The notes below the pieces were generated by a model. That model ran no database searches and had not been told where the DNA came from. It saw nothing but the letters and a program-made list of their open reading frames with translations. The position numbers and the translations under genes were made by a program. Shown piece by piece: positions 40,126 to 53,455 of a stretch of 64,000 nucleotides of DNA. How positions within the stretch are numbered: position 1 is the first letter of the stretch; each line of letters begins with the position of its first letter. The DNA comes from Octopus vulgaris (taxonomy: Eukaryota): NCBI GenBank assembly GCA_951406725.2, contig OX597816.1:95108001-95172000 (forward strand), given 5' to 3'.

Positions 40126-40213
40126 TCCATGTGTTGTATATTGTGAAATTTGATTTAGTATTACTAAACTGAATTTTTTCCCTGTAAGTTTGGAATCATA
40201 TTCCCTAATATTA

Positions 40214-40254
<41 letters not shown>

Positions 40255-40275
40255 TAATAATAATAATAATAATAA

Positions 40276-42902
40276 GGAAGGCACCTGGGCATGACAAGAT
40301 CCCCAACTTCTGGTTGAAATATCTAACAGGAATGCACAAAAAGCTGGCTAAAAATTATAAAAACATACTGGCAGAGCCAGAGACAATGCCTGAATGGCTC
40401 ACGAAGGGGAAAACCATCTTAATTCCCAAATCAAATGAGACAGCAACATCAGAAAACTACAGACCTATAACCTGTCTCCCTACAATGTACAAAGCATTTA
40501 CTGCAGTAATATCGCAAAGATTGAACAAGCACCTGGACGAAAACAACCTGTTTCCAGAAGAGCAGAAAGGATGCCACAAAGGCTCATATGGCTGTAAAGA
40601 TCAACTAATGATCAATAAAGCCATAACTGAAGACAGCCACAGAAAGAAGAAAGGCCTCAGTATGGCCTGGATCGACTACAAAAAGGTGTTTGATAGCATT
40701 CCCCACACATAGATTCTCGAAACACTAGCCATGAACAAAGTTGCACCAACAATTATAAAGTACATAGGACACTCTATGAATAAATGGCAAACAGTGCTAC
40801 AGCTCCAAACAAAAGAGGGACTTGTGAAAACCAAAGCCATCCCCATTAGAAGAGGAATATTCCAGGGAGATACGCTCTCTCCACTCCTTTTCTGCTTGGC
40901 ACTGTCACCTCTATCGGATATGCTAAACAGAACTGGATGCGGATATAAATGTTACGGCAAAAAGATCAGCCACCTTTTATATATGGATGACCTAAAACTA
41001 TACGCTACAAATGACAAACAGCTGGAAACACTACTAAAGACAGTTCATGGATTTACCAAAGAAATAGATATGAAATTTGGATTAGAGAAATGCGCCAAAG
41101 TAACCCTGAAAAGAGGAAAACTAATTAAGAGTAGCAACATCACACTAGATAAAACCAATGAAATAAAAGAATTAGACCAAAGCCAAACTTACAAATACTT
41201 AGGAATCCATTAACTAGATAAGACACAACACACACAAATAAAAGAGAAAATAAAAAAAAAGAATATTATAGACGAGTTAGATCAATACTGAAAACAGAGC
41301 TCAATGCTAAAAACAAGATAATAGGTATCAACACTTTAGCCGTCCCAGTTATAAGTTACAGCTACAATATCCTTAACTGGACACTAAATGAACTGACCAA
41401 AATAGATAGGAAAACAAGAAAAATAATGACAGGATCTAGGATGCATCACCCAAAATCTGACATAGAAAGGCTATATATACAACGTATAGATGGTGGTAGA
41501 AGCCTTATACAGCAGGAAAACTACTATAAAATAACCACCATAGGACTGCAAAAATATCTACTTCAGAAGGAAGGAAAACTGATACAAATAGCGGCAAAAC
41601 ACGAGCAAAACAAAAAACTGTTCTCAGTATTTAAGGAAGCTGACAAATACAAACAAGAAATCATACCACCTAACAAATATGAAGAAGAAGAAGAAGAAGA
41701 AGAAGAAGAAGAAGAAGAAGAAGAAGAAGAAGAAGAAGAAGAAGAAGAAGAAGAAGAAGAAGAAGAAGAAGAAGAAGAAGAAGAAGAAGAAGAAGAAGAA
41801 GAAGAAGAAGAAGAAGAAGAAACAACAAAAGCTATAAAACAAATGAAATCCAAACTAAAAATAGAACAGCAACGAACCATGATGAAACGATGGCAAGAAA
41901 AGCCCCTTCATGGCAAATACTGGACTAAACTAAATGCAAAAGAAATAGGCAGAAAAATCCCAGCAATGGTTGAGACAACAAAAGCTATAAAACAAATGAA
42001 ATCCAAACTAAAACTAGAACAAAAAGAACCATGATAAAACGATGGCAAGAAAAGCCCCTTCGTGGTAAATACTGGACTAAACTAAATGCAAAAGAAATAG
42101 ACAAAGAAAAATCCCAACAATAGTTGAGAAGCTCAGGATTCAAAGCAGAGACAGAAGGATTTTTAATTGCAGCACAAGACCAAAGCCTCCCCACCAGAAA
42201 TTACCAAAAACATGTAATGAAAAGAAATATAACAAGTAGCTGCAGAATATGTGGAGATGGACAAGAAACAATAAATCATATTATCTCTGGCTGCCCAGTC
42301 CTGGCTAAGAAGGAATATATTCACAGACACGACAGAGTTGGGACCTATATACACTGGAAACTATGCCAACGTTATGGAATAACAACAGAAAAAAGATGGT
42401 ATAGGCACACACCAGAAAAGGTCACAGAAGACGAGAAAGCAGCCATACTCTGGGATATGCCTATACACACAGATAGAGAAATTAAGGCCAACAGACCAGA
42501 TATAGTTGTCAGAGATCATGAAGAAAAAAATGCTTTCTAATTGATGTATCAATACTAGCGGATGACAACGTGTCTCTAAAAGAAATGGAGAAACTTTCAA
42601 AATACAAAGACCTGGAAATAGAGGTAACCAGAATGTGGAATCTAAAAGCAGAAACAATTCCTATCATAATAGGTGCATTAGGCATGATAAAAAAATATTC
42701 AGACAAATACATAACAAAAACACCAGGACTTATAAACACATATAACATACAGAAAATTGCACTACTAGGCACTGCACACATCCTACGCAGAACACTTTCC
42801 ATACAATAACCATCAGAGCATCACAACAAATCACAGCACATACCCAAGACACACAGAGCTGCGCTCGGTAGTGAAGTGAAAGCGCGATAAAAAAATATAC
42901 TA

Positions 42903-42905
<3 letters not shown>
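40276..42905 (+). mobile_element. 5'-truncated Dong/R4-clade non-LTR retrotransposon (RT + CCHC + REL endonuclease), disrupted
   Basis: KAPGHDKIPNFWLK, ENYRPITCLPTMYK, WIDYKKVFDSIPH, RGIFQGDTLSPLLF, HLLYMDDLKLY, CRICGDGQETINHIISGC, NRPDIVV, EKLSKYKDL. Stops and frameshifts present. (TAA)n on both sides. Confidence 0.93.
41681..41821 (+). repeat. (GAA)n expansion inside the LINE ORF
   Basis: In-frame poly-Glu tract. Confidence 0.95.
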
Positions 42906-42966
<61 letters not shown>

Positions 42967-43063
42967 GACTGAAACAAATAAAAGATGATCACGTCTCTCT
43001 GCTTGATCAGCGCTGACTTGAAGTAAAGCTACGACGACGACCATCATCACCATATTTTCATGT

Positions 43064-43137
<74 letters not shown>

Positions 43138-43929
43138 AAATGGCAGTGACAACTACTGATACATTCTTTCCAATTATTTCGCTTTTCCTAATCCCAGTTT
43201 CCCTTTTTGTAAAAGGACAGTACTGAAAAAGTGTTCATGCTAACGTAACCCCAAACATTGTTTTTATTATTTTTGTTGATTGGTTTCTAGTCGGCCCTGA
43301 GTGACCAGACATGGGATCAAAAGCATTCCAATACTGATCATCCTTTCTATTTTTTTAGGTCAAGTATGCCTCGAACTAATGACTCCTGTCTACTCTATTG
43401 AAGACGGTAGTCAGTTATTTGAGGGTGATTTGGCTAGCAGGTTGAGCGATGACGTAAATGATCCCGTGTGTTGTCTCATAGTCCTAAGGGAATTTTACAC
43501 TTTGTTCGAAGCTTGATCGTAGATAGATGGTCAGCAAAATTCTTTCTCCAAAATCTTCAACCTCTAACCATGAGGCTAGCGTCAGACAACAACTTCTCTA
43601 CACCACAGTAAATAATATACAAGAATTGAAGGAAACCATAGAAAGTTCTTTAATCACTTATTACTCAAAATGACAAAGCTGTAGGATGGAAATAAAGAGC
43701 TTCTTTATGTTTATTTTCTTAAGACTTCCTTTCAGATAAATCTTCAGTCCAAAATAGATTTGGTCCGATAGACAAATGTTATCAGCTGAAAGAACTACAT
43801 CAGAAAGCGACAGTTTATTGCAGTCGGCATTGTGTACGGTACTGACAGATTTCGTGACTAGTCAAACTCCATAAATATTTTCTTATAAAATCGATTAAAA
43901 GAACGGGGAAAAAAATTGTAACGACACTA

Positions 43930-45660
43930 AATTAGCATTATGCATGATCTTTAGCTTATTGTTGTAGAGGCGTTACTATGACAGCAATACAGAGGGATCA
44001 GTGTTGTAAAGGCATTCAACTGTGAGGGTAAGGCGTGAGTTGAGAGAGAGAGGGAGGGAGAGAAAGAGATAAAATGAGAGAGAGAGAAAGAGAGAGAGAG
44101 GGAGAGAGAGAGCGAGAGAAAGAGAGAGATAAAATGAGAGAGAGAGAGAGAGAGAGGGGGGAAAGAGAATGTGTGTGTGTCTAATCATAATGTTCTGATC
44201 TGCAGGTAGCACTTTGTCAATCAAGAACCATTCTGGTCGATTATGTTGCAGCCTCTTATCTGTGGAGATTATCAATATCCTACGTGAGTTTCCCTTATTC
44301 ATTCTTTCCGACTGGCAAAAGAGTTCATACCGTTTGTCATACATTCTAGTCAGTACCTCCTGCACAACCCCACTGTAGCGCAACATTTTTACGGTGTTTG
44401 CTGTACTCTTTCTGGGCCAGTTTTGAAAATCCACCAACTACATCTATGATTGTTTCAGATGAGTTTTCATAGTACTCCACACTGTGATGATATGATTCTG
44501 CTGTCTTGTCAGAGCTGCACTTGATCGCATTAATTAGCAAAGCTTTTAATTAAGCAGTAAGAATCAAACCTTCTGTCTTCAAAAATCCATGTATTAGTCA
44601 TCTCCAAGGTTGTTTATCCGCTACATTTAATGTCTGTTGGACAAACTTTCCATGTAGAATTTTCTCTTTCCAGTTGTTGAGATTTTCTTCATAATTTCTC
44701 TTTTTGTTCTGCCTGGAGATTCTCTTCACCATCACTAATAACCTTTTCACTCAATGCAATATCCATTCATCTTCCTGAGATAGGAGTGCAATGATTTACT
44801 ATCTTATATTCCAGTGAATTCTTTTCATCTGCCTTTCCTTTGTAGATAAAGCCTTGTTATATTACTTCTAGTATGAAGGCATCCGTGTATGGCTATTATC
44901 TTTCTAATCTTTCTAATTCATACTGACCAGTTTTTCTTTTGTTCATTTCACAAGTCCCACACTGTAATGGACCATGCCTACAACCAGAATATTAATACCA
45001 CTGATTAGCTGTCTGTATTCAGCTTGGATTTATATACAGCATCTTCTCTCCTCTAAAGTACTCTCAAATGATCTTATATTCGTTTCATCGTCTGTTCTAA
45101 ATATGAAATACCAAAGTATTTGTATCCTTCTCTGTCCACTTCTCTAATATACTTATCGTTCGGAAATATATTAATAAAAATTCCATTATTGTTTACTTTT
45201 CTTCTTCTCATTGCGAGAACAACGCATTTATCTAGACCAAACGATATTTGGATGTCTTGTGAAAAGAAGTGTTAAGTTTAACACTGCTAACCTAGTAATG
45301 TTTCAGATCACCCATGAACTGTAAGTGGTTAATTGGTCTCATGTTTTTCTTCTGTCTATTACTATGTCTCATGTTCTTCAAAACCAGTGTTTGTAGCATC
45401 ATGATAATAATAAACAGCAATAGTGATAATGAGTCACACTGAAAGATTCCTCTCCTGAAGATCACTCATTCCTGTTTTCAAAACTGTCTTGTAGTTCTTC
45501 ATACTTTTGCTGATTAAATATATCATATTCTTAGCTGTACCAATTATCTTCAGGTATTTCTGAATCCTTGAGTTAGGCGCCATACTTTATGCCTTCTAGT
45601 AATCAATTCGGGAATTAAGTTTGTCAATATTCATCGGTAAGTTCAAATTTACCTTATCTA
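43930..45660 (-). mobile_element. Old, decayed Dong/R4-like LINE
   Basis: Minus-strand RRGIFQCDSLSLLLF, PINHLQFMGDLK, FSKLAQKEYSKHRKNVA, RLQHNRPE. Confidence 0.75.
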
Positions 45661-45799
45661 CAAGTATTATTTTAGATAAAAAAGGTAAATCATATAATGT
45701 TTGGGACCGTTGTTTTAAATGTTAGATAGTAATATTTAATCTTAGTGTTATAGAAACTTATTTTTATTAGCCTTGGTATTATTAATGAATGATATTAAA

Positions 45800-46300
45800 C
45801 ATGCAGTGGCTTTCATGGCTTCTCATTTTAACTGTTTGGAAGTGTTATCATGTACATTGTTTTGTCTTGGTATAAAAGATGGACTACAGCAAATATTCAG
45901 CTCAATACCACAGATTTGCTTGTCTGTTGTTTGACCATAACCAGTTGAGCATGTCCCTTAGTGGCTAACGATATGTGCATCTCTGATCACGAGCAGAAAT
46001 AGTGGGGAAGCAACTTTAGGGTTTGAATAATTCACCTCTGGAAAGATGGGTGTTTCGTTCAACGTCCTTAAGCAACACTTATTTAGGGACCTTTTGAGCA
46101 GGATGGGCTACTCGACCTGAAGAAATTTCTAACTGGACCCCACGTTCAGGGTCATGCGCTGTTAATTTTGACATGAGATCACCATGGTTATGATGCATGT
46201 ACCTGGTGTACTCTTATCAGACGGGTAGTAATGATGGGTGTATTGGGCTTCGTATATTTTATCCCAGTGCTACTTTGATGGTATGCTCTGCTATCTCGCT
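45800..46300. repeat. Unclassified putative interspersed repeat abutting the (TAA)n array
   Basis: Higher-complexity non-coding block between a LINE relic and a TAA array; no second copy in the window. Confidence 0.3.
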
Positions 46301-46301
46301 C

Positions 46302-46357
<56 letters not shown>

Positions 46358-46359
46358 TG

Positions 46360-46739
<380 letters not shown>

Positions 46740-46742
46740 TGT

Positions 46743-47284
46743 AGAGGCGCGTAGTTTAGTGGTTAGGGTGTCATCATCATGATCGTAAAGTTGTGGTTTC
46801 GATTCCTGGACCGGGCGACGCGTTGTGTTCTTGAGCAAAACACTTCAGTCCACTCAGCTGACAAAAATGAGTAACGATGCGATGGACTGGCGTCCCGTAC
46901 AGCTGGAGAACACATACGCCATTGAAACCGAGAAACCGGGCCCATGAGCCTGGCTAGGCTTTAAAAGGGCGCATTTATTTTTGGAGGCGCAATGGCCCAG
47001 TTGTTAGGGCAGCGGACTCACGGTCGGAGGATCGCGGTTTCGATTCCCAGACCGGGCGTTATGTGGGTTTATTGAGCGAAAAACACCTAAAGCTCCACGA
47101 GGCTCCGGCAGGGGGTGGTGGCGATCCCTGTTGTACTCTTTCGTCCCAACTTTCTCTCACTCTTTCTTCCTGTTTCTTGAGTAACGCTGCGATGGACTGG
47201 CGTCCCGTCCAGCTGGTGGGAACACATACGCCATAGACCGTGAAACCGGGCCCATGAGCCTGGCTAGGCTTGAAAAGGGCGCAT
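46743..47284 (+). mobile_element. Two tandem tRNA-headed SINEs with different heads and a shared 3' part
   Basis: Both end in gcgatggactggcgtcccgt.cagctgg..gaaaccgggcccatgagcctggctaggctt.aaaagggcgca. The second has the family C head. Confidence 0.82.
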
Positions 47285-47321
47285 AAAAAAATAATAACAA
47301 TAATAATAATTATTATTATTA

Positions 47322-47610
47322 GATGCCTTGTAGCAAATTTGTTGAAAGGTGGGTGAATGTTGGAAGGTGGAAGAATAGCCAGTGTAAGGGCTCTAGTCCT
47401 GTTGATCAGACACCCGTGACTTTGTGGGTTTTCCACGTGGGCCTTAAAGCGCCTCCCCTATTGGGAGTTTTAAATTGTTAAATTTTTTTATTGTTATGTT
47501 TTGTTTACACACGGAAAACCCATTGTATCGTCCTGTTTTTGTCTTTTATGCTGTTACATGTCTTTTAATGTTATTATATGTCAACCTTTGTGGCTAATAT
47601 AAGAATAAAA
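47322..47610 (+). mobile_element. Probable 3' end of an L1/Tx1-like LINE
   Basis: KFVERWVNVGR-like terminal peptide, T-rich 3' UTR and AATAAA end; flanked by (ATT)n. Confidence 0.35.
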
Positions 47611-48007
47611 TTATTATTATCATTAGTAGTAGTAGTAATTTACAATAAAATTTCCTGTTGAATATCTCATAGACTTTAAAGTTTTGATTACTTCCAAACA
47701 AGCTGTTTCATACTTTTCGATTGAGAAAACGAATGTATTTCAACAAAGTGTTTGAAATTGTGACGTTATAATCGCGTTGTTACGTATTATAAGAAAAGAA
47801 GACAATAGCACTTGTAGCATTTTACTATGCATATTTCATTTAAATGACATACTTCTGTTTTTATTGTTTTAACTATAATAGTGTTTCTTCGTTTTACAGA
47901 AATTGTTAGATTCAGAATAACTATTCTTTGTGACTATGTTTCTAACACACTAACCTACAGTGGATATCGTGCTGTAATATTTAATGTTGCCTTATATATG
48001 TTATTGA

Positions 48008-48018
48008 GCCGCCATTTT
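48008..48018 (+). promoter_or_regulatory. YY1-like motif upstream of the coiled-coil gene
   Basis: GCCGCCATTTT ~140 nt before the ATG; TGACGT CRE-like site at 47761. Confidence 0.3.
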
Positions 48019-48151
48019 ATACGAATAATATGCAATATGTATGGTATACAATACGTATGATATTGTAAAGAATTTTATATTGTGTTAGCTATTATAAAAT
48101 TAAAGGAATAAATAAGTTTATTCATTGGAAAAATTAATTTAAAACAGCACC

Positions 48152-49021
48152 ATGTTCAAACAAATGGAATTTTACGAGAAAAAGGTGGAGTTAAACGCCA
48201 CCAAGTCTGAATATGTTAAAAAACGAATTGGATTCGTGGAAAAATTTGAAGAACTTAAAGAGCGGAAATTGGCATTAGAATCTCAAAAGGGAACACAAGC
48301 AAAAATGTTTAGAACATTTGTTCCTTTCATACAACTTTGCCAGAGGAAAGTGAAAGCCAACAAGCGAAAATCAATTATGGCGAGATGGTTAAAGCGAAAA
48401 TCAATTATGGCGAGATGGTTATCTATGAAGCTAACCGAAGAAATAGAACTTCTGAAGAAAAAAACTGTACTTCTTGAAACAAAATATATTAAACTACAAC
48501 ATAGTATTGAGAAACATAAAATTTTCAAAGACTTCATGGAGAAAATCGTACGAGAAATTCCTGCCATCACTCATAAGCATGAGTTGATAAATCGCCATCG
48601 TGGTTTGGTTCAATGCAACGAAAGGCTTAATACCATACAGGACGAGGCATCTGATACACTTACTGGGTTGAAGAGTCGTCGAAAGCAATTTTCTTTCGAG
48701 GCTTTACACTTAAATCTTTATAATCAGTTGATTCATCTAAATAATGAATATTCCGTACAAAACAGGAAGATAAAAAAATTCCAACAACATCTGGATGGTC
48801 TTATCAATACTGGTACACAAAAGATATTAGCTTTGGCCAACATTCGACTTGTCACAAACGAACTCTATCGTATGATAAAATCAAAAGACACTACTTTAGA
48901 CACCTTTGTACAACTATCGAAAATTGCCATATATGGAGAACAATTACAATCCTCAATTAGGTGTGTTGTGGAACTTTGTAAGAACGACAAAAAATATCGC
49001 AGGATTTCTCTGTTTCATTAA
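48152..49021 (+). CDS. Single-exon coiled-coil protein, divergent CCDC42/CFAP73 (DUF4200)-like, 289 aa
   Basis: Only long non-repetitive ORF; Kozak-like CACCATG. KHKIFKDFMEKIV..HELINRHRGL..LNLYNQLIHL..INTGTQKILALANIRLVTNELY..DTFVQLSKI parallels, from memory, CCDC42 family motifs (Y..YLE.V..E+IARY.TL..L.YNN.LA.L..NTAAKKTL.LG.IKMAT.NL..DT..QL.KI). AATAAA at 49135. Confidence 0.75.
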   Translation: MFKQMEFYEKKVELNATKSEYVKKRIGFVEKFEELKERKLALESQKGTQAKMFRTFVPFIQLCQRKVKANKRKSIMARWLKRKSIMARWLSMKLTEEIELLKKKTVLLETKYIKLQHSIEKHKIFKDFMEKIVREIPAITHKHELINRHRGLVQCNERLNTIQDEASDTLTGLKSRRKQFSFEALHLNLYNQLIHLNNEYSVQNRKIKKFQQHLDGLINTGTQKILALANIRLVTNELYRMIKSKDTTLDTFVQLSKIAIYGEQLQSSIRCVVELCKNDKKYRRISLFH

Positions 49022-49799
49022 GAGTAAATGCAAATTTGAAGTTGTTTTGCGTAAAAAAAACAAAAAAACCTAAAACTGATGCAGCAACATTGATTAAATG
49101 TTTCATTCTCAATTTACTGAAATAGCATTTTCTGAATAAACATTTCGTTTTCCCTATCTATCCAAACGATAAAAGCTTCTTTTTCTTTATACCTCTCCAC
49201 CATTTCAATAAATTTGCTTTCATTACATGCAAACATTACATAGAAACTAAAAATGGTGTTGAAGGCAAACTAATTCATCTGTTGCTGCGAATCGAATTCC
49301 AGAAGAGAAAACGAAGAAAAGATTAGCAATATTGATCGATTTGTATGGGACAGAGTTTTACTCATGGTGCATTTCTCTCATTTACTTTCATTTACTTTGA
49401 CAAAAGAGATGGTTTGCAAAGAGCCATTATTCCCATAGCTCTGTACTTTTCTCTGTGTTTAGCTGCTTCTGATAAATTCGGTAATCCTCGTGTGGATGCT
49501 ATCCCCACTATGTTAGCTGAAATTTTCATCAGCTATTATACTTCCAATATTATCTCATATATCTTAAATATGATAACGCACGTTAAAATAATCATACGTA
49601 GGCAGGGATATTTACGCTTACCCACATGCACACGTGCACATATATACATACACACATACATACATACATACATACATACATACATACATACATACATACA
49701 TACATAGATACATACAAACGTACACACATGCTTAAGACACGCATGCACACGCGCATACACACAGACACATACACACACACATTTATCCAACTGGAACCT

Positions 49800-50620
49800 A
49801 AGTCAAGACTTCCGTGTGATTACCGTAGTGTTTACATCCATATATGAAACATGTCTTGGTTGCATGAGGGTGATGCTTGGATGTCGAAGCTTAGGTAGAA
49901 TGATAAGTAGTATCGTGCCAGGGAGAGGGTGTCGCTGGAGGTGACGTAAAGCAGGTTGTTGATATATATTTTCTGTAACTTCCTTTTCAATGTGGATTTG
50001 ACCCATCCTGGTATGCTCGATTTCCATATTACATACGATTCTTTTTATCAACGGTAATCTTGCGAACTCAAAACCGAGCCATAGAGCATAGTAAAGTCTC
50101 TAGAATGTGGGTTCTACTATCAGCATAGGCTGCAAAAGTGTGATCTAATAGAAAGTGGACGATCCAAGAGAGAGCTGGAATCCATAGATTGGTTGTTTTC
50201 GTAAAGATGTTCGTGCAAGATGTGATTAAATACTTTACTAATGACATGGGCAACATTACTTTTCACAGAATTTCTCCATGGTGAAACTAAGTTTTTAGTA
50301 GATTGGAAAATAGGTCTCAAGTAGGTCATCTTTTACGATAGCCATGCTGTTGGTCAATATAGAAGGAAGAAAATCGGAGGCGAGAGACTTCCTTGTTAAT
50401 GGATATCTCTGTCACCTTTAAAATGTTGGTAGTGATGTGTTTGATATGGTGATTGCTGGTGGAATCTGAGAGACTGTTCTACCTGGACAACTTTTGGAAA
50501 TATGCACTGAAAAAGCATAAAGATTGATGTGATTGGTGAGGATAAGGGCTGTTTCGGAGTGGGAAAGGTGGCTTATAAAACGAGGATATACATTTACCTC
50601 TGGAAACACGCTACACTCTG
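49800..50620 (-). mobile_element. Decayed RNase H-bearing LINE 3' region (I/Nimb-like)
   Basis: TNLWIPA resembles the W(I/V)PxH RNase H motif; RIVCNMEIEHTR resembles RLRIGHT. Confidence 0.35.
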
Positions 50621-53249
50621 TTTTATACTCTAAGAAGACAGTGCTATGCGCTAGCTTCTAATATCTCAAAAAAAAAAAAAAAGGAGACATTCATTTCGTT
50701 CTTTGAATCTCTCCTTTGCAACCTTCAGTGCAGCTTATGTTACCCACTAGTAGGTTCAGAGAAGTTTAGTGAAAGCAGTAATGATACTCTAGACATTAGT
50801 AGAACCTTCTGTCATGTCTGCTATTCGAATCTCCTTCGGAAACTTTCGATCTCACTCACTTACTCATTCACTCATTTACTCACTCACTCATTCATTCACT
50901 CACTCATTCATTCATTCATCACTCACTCACTCACTCACTCACTCACTCACTCTCTCTCTCTCTTTCTCTCTCTTCCTCATATCGTGGATAAGTAACTACC
51001 TATTAACTCTTTGTGTGTCTAAGTGCCTAGAGTTAGGTTTCAAACCACACTCTTTTCCTTTTCTATATATATCACTTATCTGCTCGCGCCACAGTAACGT
51101 CCACAATTATGCTCAGTAGACCACTCTTCATTTTCGCTAACCTATTCTACCACGCATTATCCACACACAGTTGGGGAACTACGTACCAAATCTGTACTAA
51201 TTCCCTGAACAGAGATCCATAGAGCATCCTCTGGTAGGCCTACACCAGTCTTGTCTCTTTCAATAAGAAACCATTTCCTACCAAATAAAAGTCAAGCACT
51301 ACTGATATGAAGGAAGCACTACCGCATCTTCGCTAAGCATGAGTAACACCCAACTAGAGCCACCACGGTTACTCCCAATATTAGGTTCCTTATTACTGAT
51401 AATCTCTCATGGCAAAATCACATCCTTATTATAGAATCCCGAAGACTTCTCTTCATAGACTGAAAGGATTTCAGTCCCCAATATACCTCAAGCAAGGGCC
51501 ACATCTGGGACGGTGTTTCTGTTACACAACAGACACCATGGACCGTAAATCAGTCGTCTGATTGACATGAAGTCTCTCACAGATAAGTCCCAGCCGCTGG
51601 CCCATTGACTTGCCGTCTCTGCTTTCTACCTTTTTCATCAGTAATACAATGACTTCAGTTCTTAGAAATTGGCTGGTCTTACATCACTTCTACTCAAGTG
51701 CTCCCGATCAACTCGTTTCTTCTTTCATCACCCTTCGAGTCCTACAATTGCACTCATTCCCCAGGAACATTATCACTCGCGAATCTCGTCCTTGCTCATG
51801 TTTTCCCGGCGGGTATCGACATGCAACAGCCAAAACTTAAAGACGAAAACTATATACATTAAATGATTTTATAAATTATGGATATTTTTTTTTAAATTTG
51901 TGATAAACATACAAATGACGATTGCTTTGTAAAACACTTTAAAACAATTTAATCAGTACTTTTGTTGTTGCACAAATGTGTACATATCAATTTTCCTTTT
52001 TTTATTTTTGTACAATGAATGTATACTTTTTTACATCGAGGTAGAAAATATCAGTGGCAGAGCTGTTCGAACTGTACCTAGCTTCAAGCGTTCCTCAATA
52101 CATCCAATCCTGCTGGGATCATTGCCCTTCATCTTCAACCCATGGGTTATAATCCACATGCTTGTATGGGAGGCCCACCTTTTGAAATGCTGGTCCAAAG
52201 CACTGCTTTTTGTTAGGTATACGGCAGGGATACAAGATTTCACAGGCACAGGGAAAAATATAGATGTTGCACAGACAACGGCCGAACCAGGAAAGAAAGG
52301 TCAGACTTGGCCGAACACCGGTCATGTGGGGAGAGCAGATGAAGTTATAAAACAGACATCACCTGGAACACATTTCTGTGTTTTGTTGAGAGGTATGAAA
52401 ATGAGCCGTTCTTGTTATCTGCATTTGCAAAAACTTTGTCTGTTTTTTGGACCGTGACACTAACAAGCCTACGCTGCCATTTACAATTTTCTTGATTCTC
52501 TTTTGAGATGTTGGTCCAAGGCACCGCTTCTTGTATGGTATTCCTTCCATATCTCGGTCCTTGTGACAGCATCTTCATTTTGGTTGTCAATCTGGAATAC
52601 TGATCCTAGAGAATACTCGTTATCAGAAGTACTCATTCTGACGTCCTGAAACCATTCTGGATTCTTGAGTAGAATAATTTCATCAAATATTCATCAAAAT
52701 GCTTCCTCTGACATTTGTTCTGGACAAATTATGAATCACTGGTTCAACACCAAAAGGATAACCTGCTAAGTATTTTGTGCAAATATCTCCTCCTCCTCCT
52801 GTCAAATCATTGGTTGGACTAGTTTCCATAATGGGGTAGCCATCACCCGTAAGCAAGCCCTGATAATTTGTGCCACAGTTTCACTAATTGTTTTAGACAG
52901 AATCATCCTTTCAGCCCTTCCAACCTTAACATAACAGTATACCAAAGATGTATTAGTTGGAAGGAGAGAGGATTGTACTAGTTCTAAGTTGGTAATCATT
53001 TTCAGCTGGAGAAACTGGAGCAACGTAAAATGATTTATTTTGCCCCAGGATAAAATTTTCCGACTAGCCTCGGAATCGAACGCAAGACCTTATGATAGTG
53101 GGCCAATATCCTAATCCTTAGGTTATGCGTCTTCTCTCATAATACATACTAGTATCAGACTGGAAATTTCTGTTGTCGACGTCTTTCACTTTGCACTGGA
53201 CCAATCCAAGCTCTGAATGAAAGCTTTAAGCAGTTGATTACCTTCCTTA

Positions 53250-53455
53250 AGGCAGCGAGCTGGCAGAAACGTTAGCACGCTGGGCGAAATGCTTAGCGGT
53301 ATTTTGTCAGTCTTCACGTTCTGAGTTCAAATTCCGCCGAGGTCGTCTTTGCCTTTCATCCTTTCGGTATAGAAAATTATATACCGATTTCGTACTGGGG
53401 TCGATCTAATCGACTGGCCCCCTCTCCAAAATTTCGTACCTTGTGTCTAGAGTAG
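53250..53455 (+). mobile_element. Family A SINE
   Basis: aggcagcgagctggcagaaacgttagcacg.. matches the consensus. Confidence 0.88.

Noticed and set aside
41426-42034. Poly-Glu ORF as a host acidic protein
   Set aside because: It is part of the Dong-like LINE ORF with a GAA expansion
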